A stretch of DNA of 64,000 nt from a virus (lineage: Duplodnaviria > Caudoviricetes), in IMG/VR virus record IMGVR_UViG_3300045771_000049, positions 32,001 to 96,000 of that record; one strand, given 5' to 3'. The position numbers and the translations under genes were made by a program. Below are positions 58,188 to 64,000 of this stretch, in pieces; position 1 is the first letter of the stretch, and every line of letters starts with the position of its first letter. Below the pieces are notes generated by a model. That model saw nothing but the letters and a program-made list of their open reading frames with translations, made no database searches and was not told the origin of the DNA.

Positions 58188-58219
58188 CAATCAGGTCTTG
58201 GAAGCCGCGACCTCTTCAC
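58188..58219 (+). mobile_element. deleted remnant of the IS605 right end
   Basis: CAATCAGGTCTTGGAAGCCGCGACCTCTT identical to 12064-12092, then joined directly to CAC. Confidence 0.7.
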
Positions 58220-58611
58220 GGTGTGAGAATTGCGGTGCTTCGCGCCGAGGTGATCACCCCGGCTGTGACCAAGGCGGCCATCCAGGTCGTTACGATCGGA
58301 CCGCTAATCAAATTGACCATGCCGACCACCGCGCCAAAGGTCATCGCCTGGGCGATGCTGGCGTTGGTAGTGGCGTAAGTTTCGATGGCGGATTGTTCAG
58401 CCGGTGTGAAGCGTGCCCAAAAATTAGCGATGGGAATGACCGTGGGCGGCGGAGGTGTCGGCATCGGATCAGGCGTATTCGGCACTGCCAGCCATGTTTG
58501 ATAATCCAGCCAATCCTGCGACGTGATCGGGGCCGGATTGTCGTAGATGTAAACATTGTCCGACGTGCGCAGCACGACAATCGAGATAGCCGTTAATTGA
58601 TAGAGCGCCAT
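58216..58611 (-). CDS. small tail-fibre-associated protein
   Basis: DW.DYQ.WLA..NTPDP and F.ARFT.AEQ.AI patterns; follows the fibre genes. Confidence 0.65.
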   Translation of the reverse strand: MALYQLTAISIVVLRTSDNVYIYDNPAPITSQDWLDYQTWLAVPNTPDPMPTPPPPTVIPIANFWARFTPAEQSAIETYATTNASIAQAMTFGAVVGMVNLISGPIVTTWMAALVTAGVITSARSTAILTP

Positions 58612-58614
58612 GTG

Positions 58615-61116
58615 CTAGATTCCCAATGTCTGTTCGATCGACCGCAACCGCGCATCGATTTCTTTGAAAGCGTTCAGTGCAGCGAAGATCAGCGGTTTTT
58701 CATCAAAGCTAAGCTGTCCCGGCAACCGTGTCCGTTTGATATCTTCCGGCTTGTGCCCGTGGGAGATAGGATCGTCCGTGAAACGAACACATTCCGGCAC
58801 GAACGGTTGGGCCTGTTGTGCGGTGACACCGTGCCAAACCTTGTCATCCTTGGTGGTGCCACCCAGGCCGTTATATTCAAAGCTGACTGGCTCTAATTGA
58901 ATGATGTCGGCCAAGCCGCGTGTGTAAGGGCGCACGTTGCGTTTGGTTCGCTCATCCGAAATATTTGACGCAGACATCGTGCCGTAGACGACGAAATGCC
59001 CGCCAATGGCCTCGGAGAAATACAACGCCTGAACGGCCGGACTGGTAACAAAAAAGGCATAATTGCCGTTGCCCGCAACCCATTGATGCAACCAGTAAGT
59101 CTCATAGTTCATACTGCGATTGCCGTAACTATCAATGCCGAGAAAGAAATTGTTGGCTGCGGCATTGGAATAGAGTATCCCGTTCGCATATAGCTGGGTG
59201 CCAATAGTTGCAGTGGTGCCGACGTTGACGCTCTCGCCGACGGACATCTGGAGCGGAGTGCTCCATCCGGTCGTAGTACTCTCGGCTTGCAAGGTCAGAT
59301 TGGTTGCACCATAGCCCATGTAGCCCATACGGGTTCCGCCCGCATTGAAGAACCCGAAGTACCCCGTATCGACAGTGTTACCGGGGGTAGCCTGGAGGCT
59401 TCCCACGCTCGCTGCGGTGACGTTCACATTGGCGAATGTATAGGCTCCGCCCGTTTGGACAAAACTCTGCGGGTAAATCGTCGAAGCGATAAAGCCAACA
59501 TCGGTGGCATCAACGGTTACTTTGGCGCCAGTACCAGCCGTTGACCATCCGAGATACACCTTATCGGTGGTCTGTCCCGTGCCACCCCCTTGCTGGACCG
59601 GCGTGAAGCCCAAGGACGCCTGACGCGAGGTATCCACCGGATGCACATGATCGGCGGCGGCAAACGTGGTGCCCGAACCCACGGCAGCGGTGCTGTTGAT
59701 CAAGGGCAGGGCGGGGCTGATCTGGCCGAGAACAAAAGCTGTGGTGGCGATCTGCGAACTGGAATTGTTGATGGCGGGAGTGGGCGCAATGGCGGTGCCG
59801 GACAGTGCAATACCGTTATTTGCGGTAATCAAGCCAGTTGCCCGGTTGATCAAAAGAACTGGTGTGTAGAGAAACGTCCCAGCGTCATTGAAGGCATATA
59901 ATTCTAAGTTTGATCCGGCATTACTACCAGTTTCTGCTGTTGCATCCGCGAACAGACACCAGCGATTGAGACCGGCTGATTGCCACCAGACTTGGCGATT
60001 GTTACCAGTCGCCGCATCGAGAACCAGACTCACCGAGGCGGCAGTACTGCTGCCAATCGTGATGGTTCCAGCGGCCAGTAATGCGGCGATTTGGGTTGTG
60101 GTCAGGGCCGTGAAAGACAGTGCCGTGATGGTGAGATAGACCAGTGCTGTCCCGCTCAGGCTCAGCGCTGTTCCGCCGAGCGAGGAGGATGACACAGTGC
60201 GGCTCAGCGTTTCGGCGCCAGACGTATAGACACCTGTCCCGACCTCCCAAGCATTGGCGGTGTCTTGGATGGCATAATACACCGTGGCGCCCGAGGTCAA
60301 AGCCCCAGCCGTGACCGCTGCGGCAAAGCTCCGAAAACCCGCGCTTGCCGCACCAAGCGCAATCGTTCCGGTGCCGGTTGTTGCTGTTGCGACTGATACT
60401 CTATCTGCGAACTGAATTACAGGGGTCGGCAACGAATTCGAAAATGGTGCGGTTGGCGGTGTGAATGCGCCTGCATAACGGGCCACGCCGACCGTAATAC
60501 GCACTTCATCGATATAGCCGGGGAATGTGCCGTTGTTTGGATGGGTAATGCCATAGGTAGTATTGCCGATTACACCGCCTTGATTACTTGAATAAAATGC
60601 GCCGACGATAACTTGCGAGCAGAGGACTGCACCATTGACATAGACCCGAAGGGTGTTGGTTGCGTCGCGATCCGTCGCCACATGATACCAAGCGTTCAAC
60701 GATGGCGTATAGGCGCCGCTTGGTCCGGCGCCGTCATAACCACCCGTTGAATATGAGAAACCTATCGACCCGGCGAACCAGCCGAATAGCCAGCCATACT
60801 GACCGCCAACATCCCATTGGCTGATAATGGTATCAACACCGGAACCAGTGAATGAGGTGAAGTTGACCCACGCTTCAACAGTAAACTGACCAGCACCAAG
60901 ATAAGCATTTGATGCTAGTGATCCAAACTGAACACCCGTGCTGACAGCTAAACATCCTGTACCAAACTTAGGACTTGCGGTACTGATCGAATCCGTCCCG
61001 CTGTCTGGGGCGAACATCACCAAATTATTTGGAGAACTGTCGATAAAGGTCGTTGATCCGTTTGTGCCATCAAAATGGGCAAGCAGACTCACATTTGAAA
61101 AATAGGGATCACCCAT
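58615..61116 (-). CDS. tail fibre with N-terminal LamG/concanavalin-like domain and C-terminal S74 intramolecular chaperone
   Basis: LLAHFDG...FTVEAWV...GYIDEVRIT; SDERTKRNV...G..AQ; CTAAATA at 61149-61155. Confidence 0.85.
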   Translation of the reverse strand: MGDPYFSNVSLLAHFDGTNGSTTFIDSSPNNLVMFAPDSGTDSISTASPKFGTGCLAVSTGVQFGSLASNAYLGAGQFTVEAWVNFTSFTGSGVDTIISQWDVGGQYGWLFGWFAGSIGFSYSTGGYDGAGPSGAYTPSLNAWYHVATDRDATNTLRVYVNGAVLCSQVIVGAFYSSNQGGVIGNTTYGITHPNNGTFPGYIDEVRITVGVARYAGAFTPPTAPFSNSLPTPVIQFADRVSVATATTGTGTIALGAASAGFRSFAAAVTAGALTSGATVYYAIQDTANAWEVGTGVYTSGAETLSRTVSSSSLGGTALSLSGTALVYLTITALSFTALTTTQIAALLAAGTITIGSSTAASVSLVLDAATGNNRQVWWQSAGLNRWCLFADATAETGSNAGSNLELYAFNDAGTFLYTPVLLINRATGLITANNGIALSGTAIAPTPAINNSSSQIATTAFVLGQISPALPLINSTAAVGSGTTFAAADHVHPVDTSRQASLGFTPVQQGGGTGQTTDKVYLGWSTAGTGAKVTVDATDVGFIASTIYPQSFVQTGGAYTFANVNVTAASVGSLQATPGNTVDTGYFGFFNAGGTRMGYMGYGATNLTLQAESTTTGWSTPLQMSVGESVNVGTTATIGTQLYANGILYSNAAANNFFLGIDSYGNRSMNYETYWLHQWVAGNGNYAFFVTSPAVQALYFSEAIGGHFVVYGTMSASNISDERTKRNVRPYTRGLADIIQLEPVSFEYNGLGGTTKDDKVWHGVTAQQAQPFVPECVRFTDDPISHGHKPEDIKRTRLPGQLSFDEKPLIFAALNAFKEIDARLRSIEQTLGI

Positions 61117-61167
61117 TATATTCTCGTTTACTTCCCGAAGCTATTGAATATTTAGCCCATAGATAGT

Positions 61168-62985
61168 TCACCGAAGGTGTTGATCAATCAATGCCTGTTC
61201 GATACGTTCCAATCGGGCGTTGATTTCTTTGAATGCATTGACCGAAGCAAAAATCAACGGCTTTGCATGAAAACTCAATTGGCCGGGCAACCGGCTCGGC
61301 GTAAACGGTTTCGCCGGATCGGGGCGCGGATCATGAGTCAGCGCCACGCATTCAGGGACGAAGGGTTGCGCCTGTTGGGCGGTCACGCCATGAAACACCC
61401 TGCCATCTCGGGTGGTGCCGCCCAGGCCGTTATATTGAAAACTGACCGGCTTTAGCTGGATAAGGTCAGCCAAACCACGGGTGTAGGATTGCACATTTTC
61501 TTTGGTCCGAGCATCCGACACGTTCGCGGCTGTGACCGTTCCAGTCACCGTGAAATTGCCCGAACCATCGCAGTAGTATAACGGAGTACCCGCATTATTT
61601 GCGTAAATGTAATAGCCATCGCTCGCGCGCCAATAGTGCTTCCAGCCACTGGTGCTATAGTTCATAACCCGATTGCCTGAACCATCAATGTTCAGATAAA
61701 ACGCATTGGCTGAACCACAGGCATAGGTCGCGCCACCGGACACGACATTGCCCCCGACGACACAATCGGTTCCAACACTGAGGGTCGTGCCGCAAGCGAA
61801 ATTGAGATTGGTCGCCCAGCCGATGGTGCCGTTTTCGACTGCCAGATTGAGAACGCCAGTAGCGGCACCAAAGCCCGCATACCCCTGCTGGGTTCCGGCC
61901 GGATTGTAAAACGCCGCGTAGCCGGTGTTTGATGCCGAACCTGGAACCAGTAGAATCGACCCCACACTGGTCGAAGTGACATTGACACTGGCAAAGTTGA
62001 CAGAGGTGCTGCTTTGGGCGTAATTTTGTGGATAGACGGTCGTAATCAGGTTCCCAAGGTCGGTCGAATTGACGGTTATTTTCACCCCGGTCAGTGCCGA
62101 ATTCCATCCCATATAGACTTTGTCAGCGGTCGTCTGCCCGGTTCCGCCCCCTTGCTGGACGGGCGTAAAGCCGATTACTGCCTGCCGCGAAGTGTCACTG
62201 GGATGGCCATGATCGCTCCGGGCGAAGGTTGAGCCAATGCCACTCGTGGCCGTGCCATTGATCAATGGTAGCGTCGTGCTGGCCTGACCCATAACATAGG
62301 CCGTGGAGGCGATCAGGGTGCTGGAATCGTTTAAGGCGGCGGTCGGCGTCGAGGTCGTACCGATGATCGCGATTCCATTGTTGACCGAGACTAGACCGGT
62401 TGAACGGGTGATCGTCAAGGGCGTGTAAAGCGCGGTTCCTGTGTCGCTCTGATTGCTGATGGACAAATCCGATCCAGCATTGCCGCCGGTTTCCGCAGTG
62501 TTGGTGGCATAAATCGCCCACCGATTGAGACCGGTTGTTTGCCAGTAAATGGCTCGCGTTGTTGCGGATGCTGCATCGAGTACGAGTGCGCTTGTGGCTG
62601 AAGTGTTGCTGCCGATAATAGCAACAGGCGCACTCAGCGCTGCTACCGTCAATGTCGTCAACAGGGCGGGGAGCAAGTTTGCTGTTGCTGTGAGATAGAT
62701 CGAGGCCGATCCTGTCAAGGTCAGCGCCGTAGTCCCGCCAAGTGAGGATGCTGACACAATGCGGGTCAGTGTCTCGGCCCCGAACGTATAGACCCCACTG
62801 CCAACTTCCCAGGCATTGCCGCTATCTTCGATGGTGTAATAGACGATAGCGCCACTGGCCAGATCACCGGCAGCTAGGGCCAGGGCAAAACTGCGGAAAC
62901 CCGGAACCGCCATACCAAGAGTGATCGTGCCGGTGCCGGTTGTTGCAGTTGATACTCGCACCCTATCGACGAATTGGATTGCCAC
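61168..62985 (-). CDS. tail fibre with C-terminal S74 intramolecular chaperone
   Basis: DRV...TATTGTG N-terminus; SDARTKENV; paralog of 58615..61116; CTAAATA at 63012-63018. Confidence 0.85.
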   Translation of the reverse strand: MAIQFVDRVRVSTATTGTGTITLGMAVPGFRSFALALAAGDLASGAIVYYTIEDSGNAWEVGSGVYTFGAETLTRIVSASSLGGTTALTLTGSASIYLTATANLLPALLTTLTVAALSAPVAIIGSNTSATSALVLDAASATTRAIYWQTTGLNRWAIYATNTAETGGNAGSDLSISNQSDTGTALYTPLTITRSTGLVSVNNGIAIIGTTSTPTAALNDSSTLIASTAYVMGQASTTLPLINGTATSGIGSTFARSDHGHPSDTSRQAVIGFTPVQQGGGTGQTTADKVYMGWNSALTGVKITVNSTDLGNLITTVYPQNYAQSSTSVNFASVNVTSTSVGSILLVPGSASNTGYAAFYNPAGTQQGYAGFGAATGVLNLAVENGTIGWATNLNFACGTTLSVGTDCVVGGNVVSGGATYACGSANAFYLNIDGSGNRVMNYSTSGWKHYWRASDGYYIYANNAGTPLYYCDGSGNFTVTGTVTAANVSDARTKENVQSYTRGLADLIQLKPVSFQYNGLGGTTRDGRVFHGVTAQQAQPFVPECVALTHDPRPDPAKPFTPSRLPGQLSFHAKPLIFASVNAFKEINARLERIEQALIDQHLR

Positions 62986-63073
62986 TTTTGGTTGTTCCTC
63001 GAACTATCGCATATTTAGCAGCGCGGTAGTTCACAATCCGTCCTGACCGTTGTATCGAGCGTGGGTCTCACCG

Positions 63074-64000
63074 TCACTTGAACGGTTCTGGTTTGGCGTT
63101 CTTCGCCGCGTCGGCCGCGATTTGATTGGCCTGGATTTGCAGTTCGACCAAAGCGCCGAGCTTGTCTTCAAGGCTTTGCTGCGCCGGGGTGGGAGTTTGA
63201 CCGGTCGATAAATGGTCCCAGACAGTGTCATCATTCTTTGCCAAATCGGGATTGGCGGCGCGCACTTGATTGCGGGCGCGAATCTCATCGGCTTCTTTCT
63301 TCTGACGGCGCTGGTGCTCGAATTTGGAGATGCGTTTGCCTTCATCATGATGCGCAGCGTCGCCAAAATAGACTTCACCGACATCGGCTGATGGGGTGAG
63401 GCCAGCGGCCACGACAGGCGTTGGGTCTTCAACCGGCATGGTTGGAGTGGTCGGCCCAGCCGCTTCGAGAGCCGCCAAGCGATGGGCTTCCTCCGCCATC
63501 TTCATATGGCTGATCGAGACTTCGCCGGTCTTCCGATTGACTGATGCACCGACCGGCAACTGATCATCACGCAGGGCGCGATAGCGATCTGCTTCTTCGG
63601 CATCAGCGTCGAGCTTGGCTTTTTCTTGTGCCACTTGTCGGTCCAGCGACGACATTGCGTGATCGGGCGGGAGTTGTTGATGCACGCTTCCACCGCGCCC
63701 ACCCGGCGCATGCTTTTTGGGAGCCACTACTCCAGGTTCTTCGGCGGGCGCGGTCGCAGCGGGCGGTGTGCCTCCGGGCGGCTTGTTTCGGTCGGCCTGT
63801 TTGTTGATTTCCTCAGTGGCTTTTTGCAACGCTTCGGCCGCTTCTTTTTCATGCAACGCGGCAGCATCTTTTGACTGTTCTTCGTAGCCTCGGCCCAACC
63901 CGATTTTACTGAGGGCGTTGTCGATAAACGAGGCGCCCCAAATGTGCTCATCTCGCCATGTGCCAAACTTGGCGTCAGGATCGAGCTTGTTGCCCAGTGC
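63074..64000 (-). CDS. C-terminal part of a phage protein (5' end outside the window)
   Basis: frame stays open from 64000 to the stop at 63074. Confidence 0.55.
   Translation of the reverse strand, partial: ALGNKLDPDAKFGTWRDEHIWGASFIDNALSKIGLGRGYEEQSKDAAALHEKEAAEALQKATEEINKQADRNKPPGGTPPAATAPAEEPGVVAPKKHAPGGRGGSVHQQLPPDHAMSSLDRQVAQEKAKLDADAEEADRYRALRDDQLPVGASVNRKTGEVSISHMKMAEEAHRLAALEAAGPTTPTMPVEDPTPVVAAGLTPSADVGEVYFGDAAHHDEGKRISKFEHQRRQKKEADEIRARNQVRAANPDLAKNDDTVWDHLSTGQTPTPAQQSLEDKLGALVELQIQANQIAADAAKNAKPEPFK

Overview
This window looks like part of a large (probably jumbo) phage genome with T4-type late transcription: a (C/A/T)TAAATA motif sits just upstream of most structural and effector genes. 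Host-like genes (creA, yidB-like, GYD, rpmG, an adhesin-type Ig domain) suggest an alphaproteobacterial host (inference). Contents: (i) virion fibre genes at both ends, including a 3937-aa acidic repeat protein with a DUF3494 ice-binding-like domain; (ii) about 14 stand-alone ADP-ribosyltransferase-fold genes, most with N-terminal leaders ending in Glu that resemble T4 capsid-targeting propeptides; (iii) three beta-class amino-methyltransferase loci: one in an MTase-nuclease-DGQHR-ParB operon, one split and fused to a GNAT domain, one carried inside a transposase-less IS1595-like cassette; (iv) an intact IS605-group tnpA/tnpB element with late-promoter motifs, plus two footprints of related elements; (v) a tRNA/rpmG cluster. 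The most striking candidate new system is cognate-codon leader peptides in front of phage tRNA genes. A UUA-Leu leader with a terminator/antiterminator switch lies directly upstream of two tRNA-Leu genes, and a Val-rich leader lies upstream of tRNA-Val. All family assignments come from reading motifs by eye, without database searches.
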